NCBI GenBank assembly: GCA_007117695.1
Contig: SKFZ01000014.1
Location: 1-63,019, forward strand
Reading direction: 5' to 3'
Source: Bacilli bacterium
GTDB lineage: Bacteria; Bacillota_I; Bacilli_A; RF39; UBA660
DNA: 63,019 nucleotides
Under the pieces are notes generated by a model. The model was not told where the DNA came from. It was given only the letters and a program-made list of their open reading frames with translations, and ran no database searches. Position 1 is the stretch's first letter, and each line of letters starts with the position of its first letter. Shown in pieces: positions 43,101 to 52,116 of the stretch. A program made the translations under genes and the position numbers.

Positions 43101-43313
43101 AACTATATAGAAATAGTTTTAGAAAAAGATTTGCATCAAAAACTTAAAATAGATGAATTATTTCATTTGTTATACAATGTTGAAAAATCAATTGAATTAA
43201 TTAATAGGGGTAATCAAGTTTTAATAACATTCGATAAAAATAAACTCAATAAACACTATGTTTATGTTGTAATAAATATTTTAGAAATGATTGAACAATG
43301 TTGGACTCCCTAA
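40119..43313 (+). CDS. mfd: Transcription-repair coupling factor
   Basis: 1064 aa. RNAP-interaction and CarD-like region VVHEIYGIG, helicase motifs GDVGFGKTEVA and DEEQRFG, and a TRG motif. Confidence 0.95.
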   Translation: MFDKFFNVSDNNINVIGLTEELKSIYIHNLFLENKTKNIIYVKNTLYDINKAYSSISNYNPNTLMYPIEDMNLRRLDAISPELKTIRMETTSNLKAKPNGNILITNLSGYLKCISNFFDHKPIIIKTGSNNMVELINKLNDFGYEKQSFVNQTGEYAVKGYILDIFSVNKDNPIRIEFFGDDIVSIREFNIDSQKSLKKVTESSVFLNVENNGETNLAGILENIILVYDDFNNLLNTFKQNVNFDSKYYDLNLEEEFKKQDFKINFSLIEDPYFKFKESHRAEKNVFLSESEDKNIKEMVKLLASKKKVLLCVENENKARKLYNYLSLKSEVFILTNENNLRNDKINIIAKEISEGFTIDDLVVINHNELIGVKGHTKVYKSKYKVGTKIKEITDLTIGDYVVHEIYGIGLYKGIKTIKKADLLKDFLQIEYKNSDKVYIPVEKIEYINKYANGDTKGVKINRIGTTDWEKAKIKAQNRAKKVAYDLLNLYAVREKEIGFAFNPDDNNQQEFERDFRFIPTEDQVKAMQDIKTDMENPKPMDRLLCGDVGFGKTEVAFRAAFKAVNSAKQVMILCPTTILSRQHYANARERFSFYPINFAILNRFTTSKEAKYIIKKFSEGKIDVLIGTHRILSDDVTAKDLGLLIVDEEQRFGVNHKEKIKDLKKGVDVLSLSATPIPRTIQMTMSGMRDLSTIETPPLNRYPVQTYVLQEDYELIKSAVYNEISRGGQAFILNNDVKSMELVKNKLLDIMPDIKIGIAHGKMNKHQIENVMNDFSNNDYNVLLCTTIIETGIDIPNVNTLIILDSNNFGLSQLYQLRGRVGRSDKVAYCYLMYKKNKILTELATKRLKIIKDFTALGSGLSIAIRDLSLRGAGDILGSEQSGFISSVGVELFLKMVKEEVAKLKGETIIEQKEQKPILDVYTHIDGEFDEQTKIEMHQRINDINTKEDIIDLKSEFKDRFGDVSENLLIYMHEELLEKRAMKLGISTINRKRNYIEIVLEKDLHQKLKIDELFHLLYNVEKSIELINRGNQVLITFDKNKLNKHYVYVVINILEMIEQCWTP

Positions 43314-43319
43314 CTAAAC

Positions 43320-43348
43320 TTGAATTATTAAAAGTAATATGTTAATAT
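43320..43348 (+). promoter_or_regulatory. Promoter of the T-box leader
   Basis: TTGAAT, 17 nt spacer, TAATAT, with TGT extending the -10. Confidence 0.6.
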
Positions 43349-43354
43349 ATACTC

Positions 43355-43575
43355 ATCAATTAAAAAAGTTGTGAAAGAAAGAAAATTGTGGATTTTTTTA
43401 AGAGAGCTTGTGTCAGGTGCAAACAAGTAAATGAAACAGTTGAAATGGTTCTGGAACTGCTTGACCGATATTTAGGTCAAGACGTTGTGCGCGTTAAGCA
43501 TTTGAGGCAGTTATACTGTAAATTAAGGTGGTACCACGTAATCACGTCCTTATAATTAGGATGTGATTTTTTTAT
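43355..43575 (+). promoter_or_regulatory. T-box riboswitch leader, Met specifier (ATG)
   Basis: AGAGAG box at 43401. Specifier loop AGTAAATGAAA with ATG at 43431-43433. T-box sequence AAATTAAGGTGGTACCACG at 43519-43538. Terminator AATCACGTCC / GGATGTGATT followed by TTTTTTT. Confidence 0.85.
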
Positions 43576-43595
43576 TTAAGCAAGGAGGTAAAAAC

Positions 43596-45650
43596 ATGGA
43601 AAGATTTTTTGAAAAAATAAGTTTTGAGCAATTTGAAAAAGACCTTATTAATGATCCGATTTTGTATGCGAACATAGAATTACCAAAAAGAAGTACGAAA
43701 AATAGTGCAGGATATGATTTTTTTAGCCCTATAGACATTAAAATTGAGAAAGGGAAAGTAGCCCTAATTCCGACAGGCATAAAAGCATCTATGTTGGATG
43801 ATGAAGTTCTTCATTTATATGTTAGAAGTAGCTTAGGGATTAAGAAATCAGTTGTTTTAGCTAACCAAGTTGGAGTTATAGATGGAGATTATTATAATAA
43901 TGATAATAATGAAGGGCATATTTTTATAGCACTTAAAAATGAAGGAGATGAAGAATTCCATTTAAAAAAGGGTTCTGCATTTGCTCAAGGTGTGTTTATG
44001 AAATTTTTAAAAGCAAGTAATGAGGTGGAAGTTATGAATGAAAGATTTGGTGGAATCGGAAGTACGGATGAAGAAGAAAAAAAGCCGTATTATATTTCAA
44101 CAGCAATTGCGTATGCTACAGCTAAGCCACATATCGGAAATACATATGAAATAGTATTAGCAGATGCAATTGCTAGGTTTAAAAGAGAAGAAGGATATGA
44201 TGTTTATTTTCAAACTGGCTCTGATGAACATGGGCAAAAAGTTGAAGAAAAAGCGGCTATAGAAGGTTTGCCGCCACAAAAATATGTTGATAATGTTAGT
44301 TTGGAAATCAGAAGAATTTGGGATGTCATTAATACTAGTTACGACAAGTTTGTTAGGACTACTAACCTTAATCATAAAAAAGTAGTTTCAAACATTTATA
44401 AAAAAATTTATGAAAATGGAGATATATATAAAGGAGAATATGAAGGTTTATATTGTAAGCCTTGCGAATCTTTTTATACTAAGAGCCAACTCGAAGAGGA
44501 AAAGTGTCCTGATTGTCATAGGGAACTAACAAAAGTAAGTGAAGAAGCATACTTCTTTAAATTATCGAAATATCAAGACAGACTGCTTGATTATATAAAC
44601 GAGAACCCAGAGTTTATAAAACCTGATTCCCGAAGAAATGAAATTGTATCATTTATCAATCAAGGCCTTGAAGACCTTTGTGTATCTAGGACATCATTTA
44701 AATGGGGAGTTCCAATAGAGTTTGATGAAGGGCATGTAGCTTATGTATGGATTGATGCTTTAAGCAACTATATAACATTTTTAGGTTATGACCCATACAA
44801 AGAACAATCAGAGGAATTCAAAAAATATTGGCCAGCGGATGTCCACCTTATTGGGAAGGATATTACTAGATTTCATGCGATATATTGGCCGGCATTTTTA
44901 ATGTCTTTAGGGTTAGAATTACCAAAACAAGTTTTTGGACATCAGTTCATCACAGTTAATAGTGAAAAAATAAGTAAATCGACTGGGAATGATATTTATG
45001 CAGATGATTTAGTAAAGCACTTTTCTGTTGATGTTGTTAGATATTATTTGTTAAATGAAATACCATATTCATCTGATGGGAATCTTTCTTATGAATTGAT
45101 AATAGAAAGAAATAATTCTGATTTGGCGAATGTATTAGGGAATTTAGTTAATAGAACTATTTCTATGAGTTACAAATATTTTGACGGAATTGTTACTAAT
45201 GGAACGACTACTCATGATGTGGATGAAGAATTAAAAGATGTTGTTTTATCTGCTAAGGATAAAGTCTCAAAAGAAGTTGATGCATTAAAAGTTTCTAATG
45301 CAACAAAGGAAGTTTTCAAAATATTTAATAGAGCTAATAAATACATTGACGAGACAACGCCATGGTTGTTAGCAAAAAATGAAGAAGATAAAGATAGGCT
45401 CTCAGTAGTAATATACAATTTACTTGAATCAATTAGGCATGGAGCAATTTTACTAAAACCTTTTTTGCCAGAGACTTCAGAAAAAATCTTATTACAATTG
45501 AACACACAAAATGATAACTTCGATTCTTTGAAAACTTTTGAAGGATTAGATTTGGGCACTAAGTTAAAGGAACCAAAACCTCTTTTTGAAAGATATAACA
45601 AAGAAGAAAAATTAGAGTCTATAGAAAAAGGGATAGATCAGTTAGATTAA
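43596..45650 (+). CDS. metG: Fusion protein: trimeric-type dUTPase (N-terminal, about 165 aa) joined to methionyl-tRNA synthetase (about 515 aa)
   Basis: dUTPase motifs SAGYDF, VRSSLG, GVIDGDYYNNDNNEGHI, SAFAQGVF and ERFGGIGSTD. Linker DEEEKK. MetRS PYYISTAIAY, KPHIGN (HIGH), CKPCES...CPDCHR, and KISKS (KMSKS). One uninterrupted ORF. Confidence 0.85.
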   Translation: MERFFEKISFEQFEKDLINDPILYANIELPKRSTKNSAGYDFFSPIDIKIEKGKVALIPTGIKASMLDDEVLHLYVRSSLGIKKSVVLANQVGVIDGDYYNNDNNEGHIFIALKNEGDEEFHLKKGSAFAQGVFMKFLKASNEVEVMNERFGGIGSTDEEEKKPYYISTAIAYATAKPHIGNTYEIVLADAIARFKREEGYDVYFQTGSDEHGQKVEEKAAIEGLPPQKYVDNVSLEIRRIWDVINTSYDKFVRTTNLNHKKVVSNIYKKIYENGDIYKGEYEGLYCKPCESFYTKSQLEEEKCPDCHRELTKVSEEAYFFKLSKYQDRLLDYINENPEFIKPDSRRNEIVSFINQGLEDLCVSRTSFKWGVPIEFDEGHVAYVWIDALSNYITFLGYDPYKEQSEEFKKYWPADVHLIGKDITRFHAIYWPAFLMSLGLELPKQVFGHQFITVNSEKISKSTGNDIYADDLVKHFSVDVVRYYLLNEIPYSSDGNLSYELIIERNNSDLANVLGNLVNRTISMSYKYFDGIVTNGTTTHDVDEELKDVVLSAKDKVSKEVDALKVSNATKEVFKIFNRANKYIDETTPWLLAKNEEDKDRLSVVIYNLLESIRHGAILLKPFLPETSEKILLQLNTQNDNFDSLKTFEGLDLGTKLKEPKPLFERYNKEEKLESIEKGIDQLD

Positions 45651-45680
45651 TTTTTTGAGTAAACTACGGGAGGTGTTCAA

Positions 45681-46436
45681 ATGAGTAAATATGTTGATTC
45701 CCATGCGCATTTAATAAACAAATATTATAATGACTTAGAGGATTTAATTAATAACATTGATGACACTATTGTGATTATTAATGGAATTGATTATGAGTCG
45801 AATGCAGAAATTTTAAATATAATTGATAAAAAACCTAACTTATATGGGGCATTGGGAATTCATCCAACAGACGTTGATAACCATTCTTTTGAGGAATTAA
45901 AAGAAGTATTTAAAAAAACAAAAAATAAAAAAGTTATAGCAATTGGGGAGACTGGGTTGGACTTGTATTGGGATAAAAATAATCTTGAAAAGCAAAAAAA
46001 ATTTTTCAAGCTACACCTAGATGAGGCGAGGAAAAGAAAGAAACCTGTAATAATTCATAGCAGAGGTGCTGAAGAAGAAGTTTATGAGATATTAAAAGAT
46101 TACAAAGATGTTAAAAGCATCCTACATTGTTTTGGTGGGGATTTAGAAACAGCGGAAAAGTTTATCGGACTTGGAGCTTTAATTGGCATTGGAGGAGTGG
46201 TAACTTTTAAAAATGCTAAAGAACTACAAAAAATTGTTAAAAGTATTGATATTGAGAATATTATAACTGAAACTGATAGCCCTTTCCTTTCTCCAGAACC
46301 TAATAGAGGTAAAAGAAATGAACCTTCAAATATCAAGTATATTGTCAGAAAAATTGCTGACTTAAAAGGCCTTAACGATATTGAAGTTAAAGAAGCTATA
46401 TATAAGAATTTTAAACGTCAATTTGACTTAAAATAG
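45681..46436 (+). CDS. tatD: TatD family metal-dependent hydrolase/DNase
   Basis: VDSHAHL, IGETGLD, IIHSR, LHCF and ETDSPFL. Confidence 0.9.
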   Translation: MSKYVDSHAHLINKYYNDLEDLINNIDDTIVIINGIDYESNAEILNIIDKKPNLYGALGIHPTDVDNHSFEELKEVFKKTKNKKVIAIGETGLDLYWDKNNLEKQKKFFKLHLDEARKRKKPVIIHSRGAEEEVYEILKDYKDVKSILHCFGGDLETAEKFIGLGALIGIGGVVTFKNAKELQKIVKSIDIENIITETDSPFLSPEPNRGKRNEPSNIKYIVRKIADLKGLNDIEVKEAIYKNFKRQFDLK

Positions 46437-46488
46437 GTCATATGCTAACATTTAATTATCATATTATATTATGATTTAGAGGTGAAAA

Positions 46489-47190
46489 ATGAGTATTTTT
46501 TTATTAGATTTACTATCAAAATGGGTAGGTATATTGGTAATCTCTATACTTGCAATCATGCCTATTAGTATTTCTGAAACAACATATGAAGTTGAAAGTA
46601 ATAATGATATGGTTTTATCAGTTGAAACAAAAGTAATAGAAAAAGAAGTTAATCAAAGATTTTCATCAAAAATTCCAAGTAATAAAACTAAAGTCTTGGA
46701 TTCCGGACAGCATGGTATTATTTATATTGATCGAATTACTGGTGAAAAACTAACCATTAGAGACATGGTACCAAAAGAAGTATTGGTTGGAACGGGCAGA
46801 AACGGAAATTTCACAGGTGTATTAACTGGTTATGGTCCAGATTGTCCTGGTTGTAGTCCAGTAGGGAATGTAGCGTGCCGAACAAGAGAAGGAACTGCGC
46901 ATAGTTTAATTAATGATGGTTTGTATTATGATGATGCTGAGGCCGGTAAATTAAGGATTGTAGCAGCAAGTTTAAACGGATTCCCTTGTGGAACTGTCGT
47001 TAAAGTTGATAATGGTTCATTAAAGCCATTTTATGCAATTGTTTTAGATACTGGATATACGATGAGAAAATCATGGAATGAAGATAGAAGGGTTTGGATG
47101 GATTTAGCATTCAATACACAAGAAGAAGCGCGTAATGGAAATGCAACTAGTTATAATACTAAGTATAATGTACAAAGATGGGGATGGTAA
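46489..47190 (+). CDS. Membrane-anchored G5 plus 3D-domain cell-wall protein (YabE-like)
   Basis: N-terminal TM segment, G5-like segment VLDSGQHGIIYIDRITGEK...VLVGT, and 3D-domain core RIVAAS...GTVVKVDN...YAIVLDTGYTM...WMDLAF. Confidence 0.65.
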   Translation: MSIFLLDLLSKWVGILVISILAIMPISISETTYEVESNNDMVLSVETKVIEKEVNQRFSSKIPSNKTKVLDSGQHGIIYIDRITGEKLTIRDMVPKEVLVGTGRNGNFTGVLTGYGPDCPGCSPVGNVACRTREGTAHSLINDGLYYDDAEAGKLRIVAASLNGFPCGTVVKVDNGSLKPFYAIVLDTGYTMRKSWNEDRRVWMDLAFNTQEEARNGNATSYNTKYNVQRWGW

Positions 47191-47205
47191 ACCATCCTTT
47201 TTTTC
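47182..47205 (+). terminator. Intrinsic terminator
   Basis: GGATGG-TAAA-CCATCC followed by TTTTTTT; includes the stop codon. Confidence 0.75.
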
Positions 47206-47253
47206 TTGTCTGATATTATTTTATTTAGTATAATTACTAAACGAGGTGGTTTT

Positions 47254-48087
47254 ATGAAATATTCGCCAAAAGAAGTTAAAGATATTAATGAAAAGTTTAA
47301 TTTTAATTTCAAAAAAAAATTTGGTCAAAACTTTATAATAGACGAAAACATTATAAATAAAATAGTAGATAAATCTAACATAGATTCCAAGTCTTTAGTT
47401 GTGGAAATAGGTCCGGGAGGCGGATCATTAACGAATAAGCTTTCATTGACGGCCAAAAATGTGTTATGTTATGAAATAGATGAGCAATTAAAACCCATTT
47501 TAGAGGAACAGTTTAAAAATAAAACTAACGTTGATGTAATATATCAAGATTTTTTAAAAGCAAACTTAGCAAAAGATATAGAAAAATATTCTTATGAAAA
47601 ATTGTATGTCATTGCCAATTTACCTTACTATATTACCACCCCGATAATTATTAAATTAATTGAAAGCAAAGTTTGTATAGATAAAATTATAGTTATGGTG
47701 CAAAAAGAGGTGGGAGAAAGATTTTCGGCTTCAATTGGGAGTAAAAATTATGGGTCATTAACGGTTTTTTTAAACTATTATTTCAATATAAGCAAAATAG
47801 CAAATGTAAGTAGACATGTTTTCATCCCAGTTCCTAATGTAGATAGTGTTGTAGTGTTATTCGAACCCAAAAGTAATTTGATTAAGGCACGAAATGAAGA
47901 TCACTTCTTTGAATTAGTTAGGAAAAGCTTTAGGCAAAAAAGAAAAACCTTGAAAAACAATTTAAGAGAGTATGATTTAGAAATTGTTGAAAAAGTTTTA
48001 GAAAAAAGGGGCGAAAGTTTAAATACAAGAGCAGAGGCCCTGCCTTTGGATTTTTATGTGGAGTTGTCAAATGAATTATCTGATTAA
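47254..48087 (+). CDS. rsmA: 16S rRNA (adenine1518/1519-N6)-dimethyltransferase
   Basis: KKFGQNFI, EIGPGGGSLT and NLPYYITTPI. Confidence 0.95.
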   Translation: MKYSPKEVKDINEKFNFNFKKKFGQNFIIDENIINKIVDKSNIDSKSLVVEIGPGGGSLTNKLSLTAKNVLCYEIDEQLKPILEEQFKNKTNVDVIYQDFLKANLAKDIEKYSYEKLYVIANLPYYITTPIIIKLIESKVCIDKIIVMVQKEVGERFSASIGSKNYGSLTVFLNYYFNISKIANVSRHVFIPVPNVDSVVVLFEPKSNLIKARNEDHFFELVRKSFRQKRKTLKNNLREYDLEIVEKVLEKRGESLNTRAEALPLDFYVELSNELSD

Positions 48088-48718
48088 TAAAGAGTGGGAT
48101 GAGATTATTGACAAAAAAATGCTAAAAAGGATTTTAAAACAATTGGATTGTATATATAATGATAGTGAAGTTTTTCCGGAGAAACAGAATTTATTTAAAG
48201 CGTTTGAATTAGTAAAACCAAATGATGTTAAAGTAGTAATCATAGGTCAGGACCCATACCATAACGTAGGTCAAGCAAATGGATTGGCATTTTCTTTAAA
48301 CGAAGGAACTAAGGTTACGCCTTCATTAAGAAACATATTTCTTGAGTTAGAAAGAGATTTAGACATAAAGAGAGAAAAAGTAGATTTATCTGATATATCT
48401 AGCCAAGGCGTTTTGCTTTTAAATAGTATATTATCTGTTGAAAAGGGTAAACCTCTTTCTCATAAGAAACTAGGCTGGGAAATGTTCACAGATGATGTTA
48501 TAATGAAACTTCAAGAAGATAACTATCCAATTATTTTTGTTTTGTGGGGAAATTACGCAAAATCTAAAAAACCATTAATAAATAAGGAAGTAAATTATAT
48601 TGTCGAGGCTTCACATCCTTCCCCATTTTCTGCTAGGAGAGGTTTTTTTGGGAGTAAGCCTTTTTCAAAAATAAATAAAATTTTAAAGAAAGAGCATGAT
48701 TTAGAAATCAGGTGGTAA
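48071..48718 (+). CDS. ung: Uracil-DNA glycosylase (family 1)
   Basis: GQDPYH water-activating loop and HPSPFSA. Confidence 0.9.
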   Translation: MNYLINKEWDEIIDKKMLKRILKQLDCIYNDSEVFPEKQNLFKAFELVKPNDVKVVIIGQDPYHNVGQANGLAFSLNEGTKVTPSLRNIFLELERDLDIKREKVDLSDISSQGVLLLNSILSVEKGKPLSHKKLGWEMFTDDVIMKLQEDNYPIIFVLWGNYAKSKKPLINKEVNYIVEASHPSPFSARRGFFGSKPFSKINKILKKEHDLEIRW

Positions 48719-48719
48719 T

Positions 48720-50042
48720 ATGAAAAGTGTATTCGATATTATAAATTCAGAGATTCCTAATGACCAAACTATTGTTTTGGCAATTTCTGGTGGCCCTGAT
48801 TCAATGGCTTTGTTCAATTTGCTGATGGAAATTAGTGAAACAAAAAAATTCAGATTAGTTTGTGCGCATGTAAATCATAAAGTAAGATCTGAAAGTGATG
48901 AAGAAGAAAAAAAACTAAGGGAGTTTTTTCAAAACAAAAATGTTATTTTTGAAAGTACCCAAATTGATATTGAAATAAATGATAACTTTCATAATGAGGC
49001 GAGGAAAATTAGATATGACTTTTTCAATGACGTTTTAAACAAATATAATTCTAATTTCTTATTAACCGCGCACCACGGTGATGACTTACTTGAAACAATT
49101 TTAATGAGAATTGTTAGAGGCTCAACTTTGAAAGGGTATGCAGGGTTTAAAACTAAAAGTAAAAGTAACAATATTGCTATAATTAGACCATTAATCAAAT
49201 TAGAAAAGCAAGACATTTTAAATTATTGTGAAAAACATGAAATTCTCTTTTTTAATGATTCTTCAAATGAAAAGGATGATTACTTTAGAAACCGCATTAG
49301 AAAAAGAATTATTCCGATCTTGAAGTCAGAGAACCCTAAGATAGTTATGAACACATTAAAGTTTTCTGATGAAGTTAACGATGCTAATGATTTTATAGAA
49401 GGCATTGCCAAAAAAGAATATGAGAATGTTGTTGAAAACAACATTTTAAAAATAAAAAAATTTAATGAGTTACACAGTGTAATTAAAAAGCAAGTTTTAA
49501 GAATATATCTTTTAAATAACTATGGTGATAATATTAATAAATTGGGTGATTGCAATATTCGAGGGATTATTGCAATAATAAACAGCTCTAAACCTAATTT
49601 GGAATTGAATTTACCATATAATAAAAAAATAGTTAGATCATATGACAAACTATTTTTTGAAGAAGAGGTAAAAAAAATTGTAGTTAATGACATTTTAGAT
49701 AGCGATTATAATAGTGAAAAATTTAAAATTTTTTATAACTATCAAGGAAGCGCTGAACAAAACAACGATTTTATGAAATTAGATTCAAGAGAAGTAAAAT
49801 TACCGCTTCATATTCGAAACAGGGAAAACGGTGATAAAATCAAATTAAAAGGTGGGGGCACCAAAAAAGTTAAGGATATTTTGATAGATAAGAAGGTACC
49901 TTTAATCATCAGGAAAAATGTGATTGTAATAGTTGATTCAAAAGGAGACATACTATGGATACCAGGATTGTATAAAAGCAAATATGATAAAAAAATTAGT
50001 GAAAAATATGATATAATACTTAAGTACGCCAAAAAAGATTAG
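48720..50042 (+). CDS. tilS: tRNA(Ile)-lysidine synthase
   Basis: PP-loop ISGGPDSMAL and TAHHGDDLLET. Confidence 0.9.
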   Translation: MKSVFDIINSEIPNDQTIVLAISGGPDSMALFNLLMEISETKKFRLVCAHVNHKVRSESDEEEKKLREFFQNKNVIFESTQIDIEINDNFHNEARKIRYDFFNDVLNKYNSNFLLTAHHGDDLLETILMRIVRGSTLKGYAGFKTKSKSNNIAIIRPLIKLEKQDILNYCEKHEILFFNDSSNEKDDYFRNRIRKRIIPILKSENPKIVMNTLKFSDEVNDANDFIEGIAKKEYENVVENNILKIKKFNELHSVIKKQVLRIYLLNNYGDNINKLGDCNIRGIIAIINSSKPNLELNLPYNKKIVRSYDKLFFEEEVKKIVVNDILDSDYNSEKFKIFYNYQGSAEQNNDFMKLDSREVKLPLHIRNRENGDKIKLKGGGTKKVKDILIDKKVPLIIRKNVIVIVDSKGDILWIPGLYKSKYDKKISEKYDIILKYAKKD

Positions 50043-50052
50043 GAGGAATATA

Positions 50053-52032
50053 ATGAAAAATAAAATTAATATGAAAATGAAGAAAAAAAACAATTATTCA
50101 TACATTGCAATTTTTATTGTTATGTTAGGGATATTGTTTGTTATGAACGCTCTTAACCAAACAACTAATGTTTTGAGTTATGATGAGTTTTTAAATGAAA
50201 TAAAAAATGAGACTGTAACCGAGGTTGAAATAACGCCTAGAAGCAGAGCAAATTTATTTGAGTTGACAGGAAAGTTAGAAGATTATGCCGATAATGAAAC
50301 ATTTATAGTTAGAATTCCTATGTCAGAGGAATTTATGAATAGATTGGTATTATTCCAAGAGGAGCAAGGCTTTAAAATGACAACATCTGCTGACCCTGAT
50401 TCATCTGCTTTCTTGATATTTTTAGTAAATGTGTTACCACTTATTTTAATAATTGGTATTGCTTTTATGTTTGTTTCTAGGCAAATGGGAGCAGCAAACA
50501 AATCTATGGATTTTGGTAAAAGTAGAGCAAAAATGAATGAAAAAGATAACAAAATAACTTTCAAAAATGTAGCGGGGCTTACAGAGGAAAAAGAAGAAGT
50601 TTCTGAACTTATAGATTTCTTGAAAGATCCGAAGAGGTTTCAAAGTTTAGGTGCTAGAATACCTAAAGGTGTTTTGCTATTTGGTCCACCAGGGACGGGT
50701 AAAACGTTACTTGCAAGAGCAGTAGCTGGCGAAGCTGAAGTTCCTTTTTACTTTATAAGTGGTTCAGACTTTGTTGAACTATTTGTAGGTGTTGGAGCAA
50801 GCCGTGTTAGAGATATGTTTAAACAAGCAAAACAAAATGCACCGTGTCTTATATTTATAGATGAAATAGATGCAGTAGGTAGACAAAGAGGGGCCGGACT
50901 TGGCGGAGGTCATGATGAAAGAGAACAAACACTTAATCAATTATTGACTGAAATGGATGGATTTGGCGTTAATGAAGGAATAATCATTATAGCTGCTACT
51001 AATAGAGCAGATGTATTAGATCCAGCATTGCTTAGACCTGGACGTTTTGATAGACAAGTTACTGTTAATTTACCTGATTTACATGGTAGAGAAGAAATTT
51101 TAAAAGTTCATTCAAATGGCAAAAAATTTAGTCCAAATGTAACGCTTGAAAATGTTGCGAAAAGAACAGTAGGGTTTAGTGGAGCGGATTTAGAGAATTT
51201 ACTGAATGAATCAGCCTTGCTAGCAGTTAGAAGGAATAAAGATACAATAAGTATGTCAGAAATAGATGAAGCACATGACAGAGTGTTGATGGGTCCAGCT
51301 AAGAGAACGAAAAAATATACTGAAAAAGAAAAAGAATTAGTTGCTTACCATGAAGCAGGGCACGTTGTTTTGGGCTTGAAGTTAAATGATGCAAATGATG
51401 TCCAAAAAGTAACTATAATACCTAGAGGACATGCAGGTGGTTATGCGATGATGCTTCCTAGAGAAGAAAAGTATACATCAACAAAAACTGAACTTTTGGA
51501 AAGAATTTCTGGATTGTTAGGAGGACGAGTTTCAGAAGAACTTGTTTTTGGTGAAATAAGTACTGGGGCTCATAATGATTTTGGTCAAGCAACAAAAATA
51601 GCGAGAGCTATGGTTACTGAGTATGGTATGAGCAGTCTTGGACCAATTCAATATGAAGAACCAGAAGCTAGAGTTTTCTTAGGTAGAGATTATAATAAAA
51701 GAAAGAATTTTTCTACAGAAGTCGCTAATAAAATTGACATTGAAGTTGGGAAAATTATTAATAAGCAATATGATGTGGCGAAATCAATTTTAACAGAAAA
51801 TAAAGATCTATTAGATTTAGTTGCTAAAGCTTTAGTTGAGTATGAAACATTAACAAAAGAACAAATTGAATATTTGGCACAACATAAAAAAATGCCTGAA
51901 GAAACAAAAGATTTTAGTTATATGGATATGACGCTAAACGAATTAAAAGATCTTGCCAAAGAAAAAAAGATAAAAGGCTATTCTAAAATGAATAAAGAAG
52001 AATTGGCAAAAGAATTAGAGAAATCTGTCTAA
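50053..52032 (+). CDS. ftsH: ATP-dependent zinc metalloprotease FtsH, with a C-terminal Rho_N/SAP-like tail
   Basis: [17 protein letters not shown], zinc site HEAGHVV, and the tail [28 protein letters not shown]. Confidence 0.97.
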   Translation: MKNKINMKMKKKNNYSYIAIFIVMLGILFVMNALNQTTNVLSYDEFLNEIKNETVTEVEITPRSRANLFELTGKLEDYADNETFIVRIPMSEEFMNRLVLFQEEQGFKMTTSADPDSSAFLIFLVNVLPLILIIGIAFMFVSRQMGAANKSMDFGKSRAKMNEKDNKITFKNVAGLTEEKEEVSELIDFLKDPKRFQSLGARIPKGVLLFGPPGTGKTLLARAVAGEAEVPFYFISGSDFVELFVGVGASRVRDMFKQAKQNAPCLIFIDEIDAVGRQRGAGLGGGHDEREQTLNQLLTEMDGFGVNEGIIIIAATNRADVLDPALLRPGRFDRQVTVNLPDLHGREEILKVHSNGKKFSPNVTLENVAKRTVGFSGADLENLLNESALLAVRRNKDTISMSEIDEAHDRVLMGPAKRTKKYTEKEKELVAYHEAGHVVLGLKLNDANDVQKVTIIPRGHAGGYAMMLPREEKYTSTKTELLERISGLLGGRVSEELVFGEISTGAHNDFGQATKIARAMVTEYGMSSLGPIQYEEPEARVFLGRDYNKRKNFSTEVANKIDIEVGKIINKQYDVAKSILTENKDLLDLVAKALVEYETLTKEQIEYLAQHKKMPEETKDFSYMDMTLNELKDLAKEKKIKGYSKMNKEELAKELEKSV

Positions 52033-52045
52033 TTCTTTTTTCTCT
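52011..52045 (+). terminator. Probable terminator of ftsH
   Basis: AGAATTAG, 10-nt loop, CTAATTCT, followed by TTTTTCTCTTTT. The 5' arm lies inside the coding sequence. Confidence 0.5.
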
Positions 52046-52116
52046 TTTAGTGATAGATTTATGCGTATAATTATGATAAAATGATATATAGAAAATAATT
52101 AGAAAATGGTGAAATT

